IMG/VR virus record: IMGVR_UViG_2681813318_000003
Reading direction: 5' to 3' (one strand)
DNA: 64,000 nucleotides
From: a virus
Taxonomy: Duplodnaviria > Heunggongvirae > Uroviricota > Caudoviricetes
Numbering within the stretch: position 1 is the stretch's first letter; every line of letters begins with the position of its first letter. Below, one piece after another: positions 28,992-38,399 of the stretch. The notes below the pieces were generated by a model. The model did no database searches. It was not told where the DNA came from and saw only the letters and a list, made by a program, of their open reading frames with translations. A program made the position numbers and the translations under genes.

Positions 28992-30329
28992 GTGAGGTTG
29001 ACGCACCAGAACCGGCAAGACAGCTTTAAACTAGCTGAAATGGTATGGTCGATTAGGTATCATTCAGTTTCAAAATTAACCAAAGACACTGATAAAATGC
29101 CTGTTTTGTTAATCCTCATACTTGGGACAGTGATGATTATTTTCTGGGATACCGTCAAGGAAAACGTAGAGGTCATAGGTACACTTGCCACTTCACTTGC
29201 ATTTTTCGCCACAGCATGGGCCGCTTACGAGGCAAGGCATAGTGCAAAGGCAGCAATGAGGGCTACTAGGCTGACGGCAGCTTCACTCCTTGAAATGAAA
29301 AAAGCCTCTTTTAAGGAATGGTACGGCATATTACTTGAACAGCATAATAGATTACTTGAGGATGTTAACAAGACCTTGCAGGATGATAGGGAACTTAATG
29401 CAAAACTGGGAATGAATCTCATCAAGGCTATTTATTACCATGTAACCAAAAACTCCGTTTACATTAAATATATTAACCACATAGTTTTAATTCTTGATTA
29501 TTTAGATAAAGACTTCTATTCGCCGTCATCAGCCGATTATGAAAAGAGAGCTTACATAGAACAGCTGCGCAACAGCATTAGTCCTAATGTAAGCCTGCTG
29601 ATAGCTACATTCGGCCTTAATATTGACACTAATAAAACCTATGACGCAAAGAGACTTTACAGTCTGCTAAGCAAGTATAACTTCTTCGAAGGCCAACTTT
29701 TTTTTGAAGAAGCAATATCGAAAGTTCATTATTTGGACTCTTATGCTGCTGTGATATTTGATAACGAATACCGAAAAGATGTAGAGTTTTATGTTGAAGA
29801 AATGGTTCGAGGTCGTGAGACCCCTAAAATCGATACAAGATACCGTCATTTAAGGGCTACGTTCGCAATTCTGTGGTCTTACAACAACCCCTGCCGACAA
29901 CATTTGCTTCAAAGATTTAATGACCTACCTATGCATATGCGAAACAGCATTGAGCTGAGGATGGAAAATGCAGCCGATAAAGTAGCTGAGTTCAACTCTT
30001 TGTTACCTGGTTTTATAGGCTGGGAGCTTAGAATCGCAGGTAATAAAGTGAGGGTGATCAAGGATGAAAAACATTTAAAGAGGCTAATAAAACTCAACGA
30101 TAAGTATCCTATTTCCCCCCGAGAGAGAAGTATTCTGTTAACCAATGGTATCACCAATAGATTCGCTGATGAGATTAAAAATAGTCTGTCTATGTATAAG
30201 TTAGAAAATGCCTATTTAGCACTCAACTCTAATCAACACAAAGAAAAGGTGATTGATGAAATTGTTGTTGAAGTTGAGAAAATTGTCGATAAATTTAAAG
30301 CAGAACTTGATTCTTTAGATTTCAACTAA
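28992..30329 (+). CDS. hypothetical two-transmembrane-helix protein in an AT-rich plus-strand island
   Basis: 445 aa ORF; two N-terminal hydrophobic helices then about 350 aa soluble domain; markedly AT-rich relative to flanks; true start may be internal (for example ATG 29097 MPVLLILILG). Confidence 0.6.
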   Translation: MRLTHQNRQDSFKLAEMVWSIRYHSVSKLTKDTDKMPVLLILILGTVMIIFWDTVKENVEVIGTLATSLAFFATAWAAYEARHSAKAAMRATRLTAASLLEMKKASFKEWYGILLEQHNRLLEDVNKTLQDDRELNAKLGMNLIKAIYYHVTKNSVYIKYINHIVLILDYLDKDFYSPSSADYEKRAYIEQLRNSISPNVSLLIATFGLNIDTNKTYDAKRLYSLLSKYNFFEGQLFFEEAISKVHYLDSYAAVIFDNEYRKDVEFYVEEMVRGRETPKIDTRYRHLRATFAILWSYNNPCRQHLLQRFNDLPMHMRNSIELRMENAADKVAEFNSLLPGFIGWELRIAGNKVRVIKDEKHLKRLIKLNDKYPISPRERSILLTNGITNRFADEIKNSLSMYKLENAYLALNSNQHKEKVIDEIVVEVEKIVDKFKAELDSLDFN

Positions 30330-30331
30330 GC

Positions 30332-30356
30332 AAAAAGGGGCCGAAGCCCCTTTAAT
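30332..30356 (+). terminator. rho-independent terminator (GGGGC CGAA GCCCC plus T-rich tail)
   Basis: Stem 30337-30341 / 30346-30350 followed by TTTAATTATTT; A-run upstream makes it potentially bidirectional. Confidence 0.7.
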
Positions 30357-30508
30357 TATTTGCGCTGAAAAAAGTGTTGCTACGATGCTAAGAAGCAATG
30401 GTTAAGAACGTCTGCCGTAATTGTCTATCACAGCGTTGAGCGGTCTGGTTTATGTTAGCGGAGTCTTAATCTGGGTGATTAAAAGGCCAAACCGCTCAAC
30501 GCTGTGTC

Positions 30509-30595
30509 TGGCGGAGAGTAATGGAATCGAACCATCATCGCTTGCGCAATGGGACGGTTTTCAAGACCGCTTGAGCACCATGCTCCCTACTCTCC
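30509..30595 (-). tRNA. tRNA-Ser (anticodon UGA), type II with long variable arm
   Basis: Manual cloverleaf: acceptor GGAGAGT/ACTCTCC, anticodon stem-loop GCGGT-CUUGAAA-ACCGT (as in E. coli serT), T-arm GATGG-TTCGATT-CCATT, encoded CCA. Confidence 0.7.
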
Positions 30596-30915
30596 GGCCG
30601 TTGTGGTGGCCGGTACTGAACTCCGACACAGGGTTGTAGCAAACCCCGCAAAGCGCGCACTACTGTAGTTGCGGCACATCAGCCTGTGCATTCATCACAA
30701 CGGTAAGATCACTACCTTTCGACCAGTCATTGTGCACATGAACGACGATTAACCGTAATGATATTATCGTTGTGTTGTGAAGCCAGATGCTTATCTTCTG
30801 GTTGCTTCAAAGAGCTGCACTTCCTCACAACGGTAAGAGCACTGGTCTGACTCTATCGATTTACGGCCTTGTGGGTCAGTATCGCCGATTCGCCCAATGC
30901 TCTTACCTGTTGTGT

Positions 30916-30991
30916 TGGTGCCGGTTAACGGACTTGAACCGCTGGCCATTCGCTTACAAAGCGACTGCTCTACCAACTGAGCTAAACCGGC
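30916..30991 (-). tRNA. tRNA-Thr (anticodon UGU)
   Basis: 76 nt: GCCGGTT acceptor, D-arm GCTC-AGTTGGTA-GAGC, anticodon loop TTTGTAA, T-arm AGCGG-TTCAAGT-CCGTT, encoded CCA. Confidence 0.8.
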
Positions 30992-30995
30992 AATT

Positions 30996-31082
30996 TGGTG
31001 GGGAGTGATGGAGTCGAACCACCCGAGTCGCCATGACAGTAGATTTACAGTCTACACCGCTACCTCTACGGACTAACTCCCC
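30996..31082 (-). tRNA. tRNA-Tyr (anticodon GUA), type II
   Basis: 87 nt: acceptor GGGGAGT/ACTCCCC, anticodon stem-loop GTAGA-CTGTAAA-TCTAC, long variable arm, T-arm GGTGG-TTCGACT-CCATC, encoded CCA. Confidence 0.8.
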
Positions 31083-31087
31083 TAAAT

Positions 31088-31162
31088 TGGCGATGGTGGG
31101 TGGATTCGAACCACCGACCAGTTGGTTAACAGCCAACTGCTCTACCGCTGAGCTACACCATC
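31088..31162 (-). tRNA. tRNA-Asn (anticodon GUU)
   Basis: 75 nt: acceptor GATGGTG/CACCATC, D-arm GCTC-AGCGGTA-GAGC, anticodon stem-loop GTTGG-CTGTTAA-CCAAC, T-arm GGTGG-TTCGAAT-CCACC, encoded CCA. Confidence 0.85.
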
Positions 31163-31940
31163 AATTCAGCACTGCCAGTATTTATTACTCAACAGTGCCA
31201 ATCGCGACGGTTTAGTTTCTGCCAGGAAACGCACCGCTACTTGCACTTTTCGTTAGTGCCAGACGCTTTCGACTTCGCTCAATAGTAGAAGGCAAAATCT
31301 TTAAGTAGATGATGTTTCTGAGGACAGCACCTACTTTGTAATTTATACAATGTGATGTATGGAATCATTTGTTGTGAAAACAGGCACCAATGGCAACAGT
31401 GGTTAAACCTACACAACAATCCCGTCTTCACAACGTTGAGGCCACTACTCCGATTGAATGTTTGCCCAACATGTTACATATCAACGCTCGCCGGTATCTC
31501 TGTGAATAGAACCTTAGAATTGATAAAAATGTAATGGCCTCAACGTTGTGTGCTGGCTAACCATACCAGCCGGGCTACGTCGCCGCTTTTTAACCCAGTA
31601 TAAACGACATAATTGAACAAAATGACGTAACAGGATGGGCGGTCAGTGGCTAAGAATCCGGGAGTCATATGGAGTTGAAAATATACCGACCGCCCATTCT
31701 GTTACTTCATCGGAGGGAACACTCATGTTCCCTCCTGCGTTCTGCAATCACACTCGCTCAGTGTGTCCCATTTCGGTAACGAGGCTGGAAACTGACCTCG
31801 CTGGTGTTTGGCTTATTAGGCTACTGCCAGATAGACTTCTTCGTTTGCACTTGTATTTAAGTTCAAACAGTCGCGTCTCAACGAAAACAAAGTCATCTTA
31901 TACATAAAAGATAAGTAAGTAAATACTTATCACTATGTTT

Positions 31941-32231
31941 TTATTCGGTTGTAACTTTTTTGATCAAGGCCACTCTACGATCAGGTGTTCTTGTGATGGT
32001 GGCAGTGAATCGTTTCGCTTGGATAGTAATGGTTTCGTTCTCCTTAAGTTGCCCGTAGCGAGTTTCCACCAGGGTACCAAGACGCCACAGACCATCATCG
32101 ATACGTTTATGACTAGCAAATTTAATAAGCAACAGTTTTACGACTAACTGACCTACGTAAAAGGCGAATGCGACTCCGGCCGCTAAGAAATAGGTGGCCA
32201 ACCACCAGTCCCAAGAAGTTAAATTGCTCAT
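31941..32231 (-). CDS. hypothetical membrane protein
   Basis: 96 aa with N-terminal hydrophobic helix (WDWWLATYFLAAGVAFAFYVGQLVV). Confidence 0.45.
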   Translation of the reverse strand: MSNLTSWDWWLATYFLAAGVAFAFYVGQLVVKLLLIKFASHKRIDDGLWRLGTLVETRYGQLKENETITIQAKRFTATITRTPDRRVALIKKVTTE

Positions 32232-32376
32232 TTTCTAACCTTTGTTTCATGAACTACCCGATACACACGCTTTCCGATGCACAGTGTTTTGGTTTTAAGT
32301 TCCTGCTTAATTAAATCACGACAGATGCCGAAGCCGATAAGGAAGCCACCCATAAAAGCCAATGAGATGTATGGAA

Positions 32377-32592
32377 TCATTTTAACACTCCTGATTCTAC
32401 TAATTGCTGTAGCAATACTTTCCCTTTATCAGTTAACTGGTAGTTGGCCGAGCACCACGTTTCAGAAACGTTTGCAACCAATCCTAAACGCTCTAACTTA
32501 GCTCGCGTTTTAGGCTTCCAGTACTCAGGGAACTCCGGCCACTTACTTATTTCATGAAGCGTTTCTTTCTCCCGTTTACTTAATACGATCAT
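32377..32592 (-). CDS. hypothetical protein
   Basis: 71 aa; start overlaps the ligase stop (coupled); 3' end overlaps a copy of the GTATGGAATCATTT repeat. Confidence 0.45.
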   Translation of the reverse strand: MIVLSKREKETLHEISKWPEFPEYWKPKTRAKLERLGLVANVSETWCSANYQLTDKGKVLLQQLVESGVLK

Positions 32593-33911
32593 TCTTTATC
32601 TCCGATTCGATCTTCGGTATCGCGTAAGCAACGCGGCCATTTCAGTCGTGGGTGGCGTAAGCTGCCATCCGGCGTTTTCTCGTGACAATGAACCTCGACA
32701 ATACGACCACGGTACTTCTCTTTGTTGTTCCAGATCTCGTCCAGATATTTATGCTTAATGCCGCTCGCACGAACAATCACACCGTTTTCAAGGCGAATAA
32801 CAATTTTTCCAAGCGTGTTGGCAAAACCAGAGTCCGGGTCGCCCGGCTCAAAATCGATAATTTCACCATCTTCTGAATCTTCGTCTTTTAACTTCCACCA
32901 GCTGCGGGTACGTTTAAACTCGTAAACAGAGTTCGGATCTTTGCCCATCTCCCCTTCTTCGTTATCGTCCAGGCGTTTCATGAAGCGTTCGATGAAGTCT
33001 TCGTGGCTATGGATGATGTAGAACGGATGCAGGTGAATGTCTTGTGCGTAGCCTTCACTGCGATCGTTTTTGAACAACGCCACGAGCATAGCCAGGCGCT
33101 CTTTCAGCTTCATACATGTCTTTGCATACTCTTTGGATTTAGCCTGTGCTCGCCATTCCGGTAGGAAGAAGTCGAAAACATGATAAATAGCGCCAATTGC
33201 CTGCACGTTCTTTTTGCGCAATGCAGATACGGACTGGTTAAATGAGCCGGCTGTTCCTTCACCATCGAAGAAGATGTGTTTGTGGCCTGAAAGTTTGCCT
33301 AATTCGAGCATTGCTGGCTTTAGGTGATCGAGAGACGTGATTGGATTACCAGTACGAGAAAGGAAGTTAACCTCTTCCTCGTCAACAATAACCTCGCAAA
33401 TTACTCGCAAACCATCGAGCTTAAGACTGCCAATCATCGGCCATTTTGCTTTAGGGTTTGGCTTGAAGGGGTATTTGTCGCCTTTTTCTTTATACGGTGA
33501 CGCCAGCTGCACCTCGAATTTCGGAATGGGATTTTCAAAAACCTTGTTGCATAGGCTAATCCCAACACCCGCTTTCGGGTCTTTTAAGAGGAAACGACGG
33601 AACACGTCCTGCCCATCGGCGCACATTGATGCCACGATAGACTCAACAGCAGCTATTGCTGCGTTCCCCGTCAGCTCGCGAGAGGCCAGCTTATTCAGTA
33701 CATCAATGGCTTTTTCGTCACTTGGGACGGACTCACTAAGCGGCTCTGCCACTTTGTATTTCTTTACCCCAAAACGGATGAAAGGGTTGAGCATCAATGA
33801 AACCATGCTTTGTTCAAAGTCATCCATGTTGGCCAATGCCTCTTTTTTTGCATTGGTTCCCATAGCTTTCATTTCGTCCAGCTTATGCTTAAGTGCGATC
33901 AACTTTTTCAT
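32589..33911 (-). CDS. ATP-dependent DNA ligase
   Basis: 440 aa; adenylation motif I GSLKLDGLR (KxDG), motif V-like WWKLK, OB-fold C-terminal region. Confidence 0.85.
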   Translation of the reverse strand: MKKLIALKHKLDEMKAMGTNAKKEALANMDDFEQSMVSLMLNPFIRFGVKKYKVAEPLSESVPSDEKAIDVLNKLASRELTGNAAIAAVESIVASMCADGQDVFRRFLLKDPKAGVGISLCNKVFENPIPKFEVQLASPYKEKGDKYPFKPNPKAKWPMIGSLKLDGLRVICEVIVDEEEVNFLSRTGNPITSLDHLKPAMLELGKLSGHKHIFFDGEGTAGSFNQSVSALRKKNVQAIGAIYHVFDFFLPEWRAQAKSKEYAKTCMKLKERLAMLVALFKNDRSEGYAQDIHLHPFYIIHSHEDFIERFMKRLDDNEEGEMGKDPNSVYEFKRTRSWWKLKDEDSEDGEIIDFEPGDPDSGFANTLGKIVIRLENGVIVRASGIKHKYLDEIWNNKEKYRGRIVEVHCHEKTPDGSLRHPRLKWPRCLRDTEDRIGDKE

Positions 33912-34390
33912 TGTTGTTTTGCCTCCATATGTTGATCGATTTGCTCATGTGTTTCTTTTGTTGTTTCTTCAAGCAACGCCGCATACACGTCAGTGATCGC
34001 TGTTTGTGATGTGGCGCTCTTCTTAACCATGCTATTAATCGTTACACTGTCACGTTTTCGTTTTATAGTTCTGGCTTGTTTATTCCGTTCTTCAACCTCC
34101 TTAATGAGTGCGGTCATATCTTCGAAATACAGAGATTCTCCTTTACGAATCTCTTCAACCATCATTTTTAACGCCTTGCATTTGCCTGCTTTGATAGCGG
34201 TTGCGCACGACTGGAATGAAGTTCGAGGAAGACGGTTTTCTTTGAAGGCAAGAATGGTGTGCTGGCAAACGGAGTAGCTGCAATATGCCGACTCACCGTT
34301 TATCTTTACTTCCTCACAACGAAGTGAATAACCATTATTTCCTGAAATAGAGGGGATTTTTGACAAATCAGCTTTCACAACCACCGCCAC
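33908..34390 (-). CDS. hypothetical Cys-rich protein
   Basis: 160 aa; C..C..C..H..C cluster near N-terminus; overlaps ligase start. Confidence 0.5.
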   Translation of the reverse strand: MAVVVKADLSKIPSISGNNGYSLRCEEVKINGESAYCSYSVCQHTILAFKENRLPRTSFQSCATAIKAGKCKALKMMVEEIRKGESLYFEDMTALIKEVEERNKQARTIKRKRDSVTINSMVKKSATSQTAITDVYAALLEETTKETHEQIDQHMEAKQQ

Positions 34391-34445
34391 AAATAATCTT
34401 GTACCTACCTATCATTCTTTGCGTAAAAAACGACACACTGAGAGA

Positions 34446-35228
34446 TTACCAACTTCCCCAGCTAATCATCTTGCGCTGATTGCTTTCTAAGCGATAGGGG
34501 GCAAGAAGCTCTGTGACATGATTGGTGGCGTATGATTTGGCCTCTTGCTCTATCATCGGTAATTCGTTAGCAATCCTGACCATCTTCCCAGCAAATTCCG
34601 CCATTACGCCATCACACGCCTTACCCGCATCAACAATGATATGCACAAGATCCAACTGGCTTTTGCACATGTCCCAAAGAGTCGAATATTCGCTCTCCCT
34701 GATTAGGTTTACAGCATCATTAGCCCCTTTATTAATCAAAACCTCCAACAGATTTGTCGGGGTGACGAAATCGGCTTTCAGAGACAATGTTGGTTCAGCT
34801 TTTACCGACAGCAAGTAATCTTCAAAGTTTTGCTTGTCTTCCAGCAAAGCTAAACTACGCATAGCTCGAATTGATTCTCGAATAACGGCTTCAATATGTT
34901 CGTCACCTGGAGGACAGATAATGGTATCTGTATAGATGACTCTGCCATCAAACCACGCCCCAACCTGCACTTTTAGAGTTCGTAAGTTTTCTTTGCGTAC
35001 AAAAACAACTAATGCAGAACGTCGTGCATGTGCAGGTTCGCCCCATACGCACAACTTAACCTTCAGATAAGGTAGCCCCGGTAGAGGGATCTCGACCAAA
35101 CGAGTGGCGATATGATCCATTGCCGTATTGACGGCTTTTTCAATGATGTCTAGCCGATTGCTCTCGCTGATTTCTAAACCAGTTTTATCAATGATGTTGC
35201 AGGCTAATCTCTTAATTTCTTCTTTCAT
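34446..35228 (-). CDS. hypothetical protein
   Basis: 260 aa ORF; TAAGTA..TACTTA palindrome 40-60 nt upstream. Confidence 0.55.
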   Translation of the reverse strand: MKEEIKRLACNIIDKTGLEISESNRLDIIEKAVNTAMDHIATRLVEIPLPGLPYLKVKLCVWGEPAHARRSALVVFVRKENLRTLKVQVGAWFDGRVIYTDTIICPPGDEHIEAVIRESIRAMRSLALLEDKQNFEDYLLSVKAEPTLSLKADFVTPTNLLEVLINKGANDAVNLIRESEYSTLWDMCKSQLDLVHIIVDAGKACDGVMAEFAGKMVRIANELPMIEQEAKSYATNHVTELLAPYRLESNQRKMISWGSW

Positions 35229-35353
35229 ACCAACTCCTAGCTAACGGATGAAAGTATTCTTACAAAAACTTAAGTATGTATCTACTTATAATTTTAGGTG
35301 CAATAGTTCCCTATACGAGGATGCCGGGCTTATAGTCTGCCCGGCATTCACCA

Positions 35354-35767
35354 TTAATGAGCTACAGCCTCACTGTTGCACATCTTTCTGTAGACCTGCT
35401 TATAACGCTGTAAGTCATGAGGATCATTAGGTGCCAACGACTTCGATAGGATTTTGTATACCACCCCTTTCGAAAACATGCCCTTTGGCTTCATTTCGAG
35501 TTCAACAACATATGAGTGATAGCCCACGTATGCACCAAAGCCATTTTTGGCGTTCAATTCTCCGCACACAAAGCCTGTCACACTTCCATCGTCATGATCA
35601 GTCCTGACAAACTTATCTTTCCTAAACATCACCGACGTGGGATCTTTCATATCATCCGCAATTGCTTGTTGGCCCAGAGCAATAGCCTTCTCGTCTGTAG
35701 GCTTACACCCCACTAAAGCAAACAAAGACAATAAAGCTCCTGTTAAAATCAGCTTATTTTTGCTCAT
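35354..35767 (-). CDS. hypothetical lipoprotein
   Basis: 137 aa; signal peptide with lipobox LVGC; possibly periplasmic/outer-membrane accessory (for example exclusion) function, speculative. Confidence 0.55.
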   Translation of the reverse strand: MSKNKLILTGALLSLFALVGCKPTDEKAIALGQQAIADDMKDPTSVMFRKDKFVRTDHDDGSVTGFVCGELNAKNGFGAYVGYHSYVVELEMKPKGMFSKGVVYKILSKSLAPNDPHDLQRYKQVYRKMCNSEAVAH

Positions 35768-35999
35768 GTTGGCTTCCCTTTATTTATATTTATTGCAGGT
35801 ATTAGTTAATCAAAACACGAGCAGTGCCACAATAATTAAATGGCGTACTATTTCTTATGGTTATTAGTTTCCCGGTAACTTTACCGACCATAAACTAAAT
35901 CAACAAAGCTGACATATTAACTAAATTTAAGTACCCTTTTCGCACACTTGACGCTTGCCGCGTCTAAACTGTTCATCCTATATCAACAGAACAAAAAAT

Positions 36000-37145
36000 A
36001 TGAAATACATAAAATCTTCATCGTTGCTGGCATTAACTTTGCTTTTTAGCTCTGGATTCGTTAACGCAGACAATAAACAAACGCTGATAGAAGCCGCTAA
36101 CGCAGGGAATACCGCAGCACAAAGTGAGTTAGGGACAAATTATTTTGATGGTATCAATGGTTTTGATAAGGATGTAGTTGAGGCCAAGAAGTGGATTGAT
36201 CTAGCTGCAGAAAAGGGAGATAAAGTAGCATATTATGCACTTGGAGTTATGTACACATTTGGCGAGGGTGTAGATAAAGACCTAAATAAAGCTGTTGAGT
36301 ACTACAAACTTGCGGGGGACGCTCGTGAAGGTAGAGCCTACAACAATCTTGGTGCTATTTATCAAAAGGGGATGCTTGGTAAAGTAGATCATGCACTCGC
36401 CATTAAATACTTCAAACTAGCCTCTGATGCCGGGTATGTTAAAGCAACTTCAGTTCTTGGGGCGTATTACCAATATGGTGAAGGCGTTCAAAAGAATTAT
36501 AAAAAGGCTTTTGCTTATTACAAAAAAGCGGCGGATCAAGGTAGTTCAGATGGTATGTTCGCATTAGGCACCTTATACGATGATGGTTTAGGTGTTAAAC
36601 GAAACGATGCCGAAGCAATTAAGTGGTATAAAAAAGCTGCTGAACTCGGAAACGTCGATGCCATGACAAATCTTGGCATTATGTATGAGAATGGCGAGGG
36701 TGTTAAAAAGGATTATAAAAAAGCAGCCGATTTTTATCAGGCCGCTTGCGATAAAGGAGATAAAAGCGGCTGTAAATACATTGCAGAACTGAAAGAAAGC
36801 GGCAAATATCGAGCGCCGGCTTCCAAAGCCAAAACAAAATCCGCCACCCAGCGACTTATTGCTAAATCCATTGATAAGGGCGTTAACGCTACATTTACCT
36901 GGCAGGGTGATGATGCTACCTTCACCGCTAATGATGGCAAAGTTGACTGCACCTTCCTGAAGGATTTTTCAGAGAAAGGAGGCAATCTGGCTACCTCGTT
37001 TGTTTGCACCGATAACGTTCAAATCATCCTGAAGCAATTCAGAGATACCAAAAATGCCTACCTCGCGGTAATGACTGACAACTTCAATACTGAAGTTAAA
37101 TCATTTTCGGTCAATGTGTATGTGACTAATACTGGTTCAAACTAA
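36000..37145 (+). CDS. Sel1-like repeat (SLR/TPR-like) secreted protein
   Basis: Signal peptide MKYIKSSSLLALTLLFSSGFVNA; about six Sel1-type repeats (A..WY.KAA..G...A...LG.MY..GEGV.KD). Start set at ATG 36000 rather than track start 35955. Confidence 0.65.
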   Translation: MKYIKSSSLLALTLLFSSGFVNADNKQTLIEAANAGNTAAQSELGTNYFDGINGFDKDVVEAKKWIDLAAEKGDKVAYYALGVMYTFGEGVDKDLNKAVEYYKLAGDAREGRAYNNLGAIYQKGMLGKVDHALAIKYFKLASDAGYVKATSVLGAYYQYGEGVQKNYKKAFAYYKKAADQGSSDGMFALGTLYDDGLGVKRNDAEAIKWYKKAAELGNVDAMTNLGIMYENGEGVKKDYKKAADFYQAACDKGDKSGCKYIAELKESGKYRAPASKAKTKSATQRLIAKSIDKGVNATFTWQGDDATFTANDGKVDCTFLKDFSEKGGNLATSFVCTDNVQIILKQFRDTKNAYLAVMTDNFNTEVKSFSVNVYVTNTGSN

Positions 37146-38318
37146 TGCAGCTATGCCTTTTACCTTGCTTAAAAGTTCAAGCTGTCGTGAGTAAGGTTTT
37201 GCGCAATAGTAGGCTTTGATAATCTGCCCCGGGGTCGCATCGCCGGGGTCTAGTCCTTCCTCGCCCAAACATGCAATTTTCACATTAAGACCGATACTGG
37301 TCAGTCGCCTGGCTGCGGCCATAGTGTTTCGTATAGCTTGCTTTTCACTATCCCACATCATGATCACATTACGTAATCCACGCGTCTTGAGCGTCAGGAA
37401 CGCGCCTAACTGATCTTCTGCATCCTGAGTGGTGTTGCCAGATAGATGCATCCCGAACGTTCCTATTGGTTCCACATAATCACGTAATGTTTCTTCGTCA
37501 AAAATAGCTCGTTTGACCCCCATAACATCGAACGCCCCCTCACAGACAACTACAGTCTGTTTGCCGACTGCATTATGGCCGTTGTAGAGAAACTTACCTG
37601 AAGCTGGAAGCTGCATAGGAAAGAGGTAGCGGCGTTCTGCTGTACCGGTAATGTCTCGTCCCTGAAATGTCTTCATTACCCCATCCAGATCGTAAACCGG
37701 TATCAGTATTCGCATATCGAATATCTGTCCTTTAACCTGATCTGTATACGGATCTACATAGGCGTGCTTGCCTTCGACGCAGTATCGTAGGTCAAAATAC
37801 TTTGCCATTTCAGGCGATATGTTTCGTTCAACCAGATAGTCTGGAAGACGGCCATCTATAGGAAGTTCGTAATGACGAGGGAGTGCAAGTGGTCCCTCTA
37901 ACTCGACTGTGCTTGCAAGCACTATCTCTTCTTTCTTTGGTGCCCACCCCTGGGAAAGAAGAGCGTTCTGCACATATTCCTCGAACTGTCGTCGTGATTT
38001 ACCGCTGTAGTGCTTGAGGAAGACCAGCTTATTGAACTGAATCTCTTCGGGATGATCACCAGCGAAGCATTTGCCGACGCCACTGGTCAGATTGAAATAT
38101 ACCTTCCAGTTGGAGCTGCCGCATACCGGACATTCCTTGATATTCACTTCACGACCGCGAGCACTCACGCCTCCACGTCGATAAACGATACCTTCAGTGT
38201 CCAACCATTGTTCAAAATCTAATTCGGTAATTAGCTCTTTCAGCTCGCTCACGATAATTCCACTTTTAACAGGCAATATTGTGACCAACCTAAATGTTGA
38301 TATAACATAAAGGCTCAT
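37137..38318 (-). CDS. DNA primase (DnaG-like zinc finger plus TOPRIM)
   Basis: Zinc-binding CPVCGSS...C...H near N-terminus and TOPRIM VVVCEGAFDVMG. Start set at ATG 38316-38318 preceded by the conserved AAAGAAAAACAC RBS motif (track start 38390). Confidence 0.8.
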   Translation of the reverse strand: MSLYVISTFRLVTILPVKSGIIVSELKELITELDFEQWLDTEGIVYRRGGVSARGREVNIKECPVCGSSNWKVYFNLTSGVGKCFAGDHPEEIQFNKLVFLKHYSGKSRRQFEEYVQNALLSQGWAPKKEEIVLASTVELEGPLALPRHYELPIDGRLPDYLVERNISPEMAKYFDLRYCVEGKHAYVDPYTDQVKGQIFDMRILIPVYDLDGVMKTFQGRDITGTAERRYLFPMQLPASGKFLYNGHNAVGKQTVVVCEGAFDVMGVKRAIFDEETLRDYVEPIGTFGMHLSGNTTQDAEDQLGAFLTLKTRGLRNVIMMWDSEKQAIRNTMAAARRLTSIGLNVKIACLGEEGLDPGDATPGQIIKAYYCAKPYSRQLELLSKVKGIAALV

Positions 38319-38399
38319 GTGTTTTTCTTTTGTGGTTTGGCAAAAGAAAAGTTGTTTCACCAATGAATCAAGCGTGGAGGTGTTCTCCACGCTTATTTT

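Noticed and set aside
30429-30914. Inverted-repeat elements E1-E3 as additional tRNA genes or tRNA pseudogenes
   Set aside because: Manual folding on both strands gives no acceptor/D/anticodon/T cloverleaf and no TTCGAAT-type T-loop; stems of 15-16 bp are incompatible with tRNA. Kept as a separate finding rather than tRNA features.
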